The notes under the pieces are model-generated. The model searched no databases and had not been told where the DNA came from. It saw only the letters and a program-made list of their open reading frames with translations. A stretch of DNA of 64,000 bases from Tortispora ganteri. Taxonomy: Eukaryota. The position numbers were made by a program, and so were the translations under genes. How positions within the stretch are numbered: the stretch's first letter is position 1; every line of letters starts with the position of its first letter. The stretch is from NCBI GenBank assembly GCA_003707115.1, contig PPNB01000006.1, positions 186,001-250,000 of the forward strand. Reading direction: 5' to 3'. Positions 63,282 to 64,000 of the stretch are shown here, one piece after another.

Positions 63282-64000
63282 CTAATAGTCTTTTCCGCTG
63301 ACTCTTTCCTTGTAGGCGTTCCAGCCGGCTTCACGATACCTTTGTGCTTCAACTACAGGATCGCGTCCCTTACCGCTGATCCCGCGACCTACAATAATGA
63401 CATCTGAGCCAGAAGCCATCACATCGCTAACAGTTCTGTACTGTTGACCTAGTCCATCACCTTTGTCATCTAGACCAACTCCTGGAGTCATTACTACCCA
63501 GTCTTCATCGGGGTTACCCATAGAATGCTGAGCGATAAATCCGACAACGAAATCGGTGTTCTGTCGCGCAATCTCTAATGTCTTCTGTGCGTATTCGGGC
63601 GTCGTGAGTGCACCTGCAGAAGACATCTCTGCTAATAGCAACAGACCAGACTTCTTGTTACCTGATTTCAACCCCGATATGACGCCAGGTCCCGGGACAG
63701 TATGTGCATTCGTGATATGTGCCCACTGCGCTATTCTATAAACACCAGCTGTGAATTGAGCTTTGACTGTAGATCCTATATCAGCGAACTTTCTGTCTTC
63801 AAAAAGCAAAAATCTGTGTTTCTCTGCAAGCGCGACCAACGGTTCAATAGTTTTAGTGTATTCGAAATCATCAATAATATCTATATGAGTTTTCAGTACA
63901 CAAATGTAGGGTCCAACGCTGTCTGCGAGCTCAAGAAGTTCCTTTGTTGTAGTTACATCCGCAGAAACACACAAATTTGTTTTCTTTTCACTCATTAAAT
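63282..64000 (-). CDS. URA3: Orotidine-5'-phosphate decarboxylase (5' end probably beyond the window)
   Basis: [56 protein letters not shown] and IIVGRG. The frame stays open to the window end. Confidence 0.97.
   Translation of the reverse strand, partial: LMSEKKTNLCVSADVTTTKELLELADSVGPYICVLKTHIDIIDDFEYTKTIEPLVALAEKHRFLLFEDRKFADIGSTVKAQFTAGVYRIAQWAHITNAHTVPGPGVISGLKSGNKKSGLLLLAEMSSAGALTTPEYAQKTLEIARQNTDFVVGFIAQHSMGNPDEDWVVMTPGVGLDDKGDGLGQQYRTVSDVMASGSDVIIVGRGISGKGRDPVVEAQRYREAGWNAYKERVSGKDY

Overview
Gene-dense chromosomal window from an ascomycete yeast, with about 42 protein-coding genes and short intergenic gaps. It uses the standard code (CTG sits at conserved Leu positions) and has a few 47-61 nt introns. 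Retention of eIF3L, Rab4/Ypt4 and UBE2W suggests an early-diverging budding-yeast-like lineage; this is inference. Most genes are housekeeping: TOF1, MGM101, BPL1, PSR1, MAG1, SDS22, RPL20, MDM12, TOA1, RPB10, NAN1, CDC20, GWT1, VPS28, NOC2, HRD3, SRX1, epsin, myosin-I, RPC40, KIC1, ACO2, URA3. Five genes missing or incomplete in the ORF track were rebuilt by hand: the GUT2 5' end and the spliced TANGO2-like, COA4, SBH1 and UBE2W genes. The best candidate for an undescribed system is a 5.5-kb putative xylose-catabolism cluster: xylitol dehydrogenase, a Zn2Cys6 transcription factor, Rab4 and xylose reductase. Both enzyme promoters carry the identical 10-mer CCGGATAAAT in the same orientation about 100-120 bp upstream. 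A tandem GUT1-GUT2 glycerol pair with Mig1/CreA-type sites lies about 13 kb away. I recognised no tRNA, rRNA, transposon or CRISPR. Gene identities come from motif recognition, not database searches.
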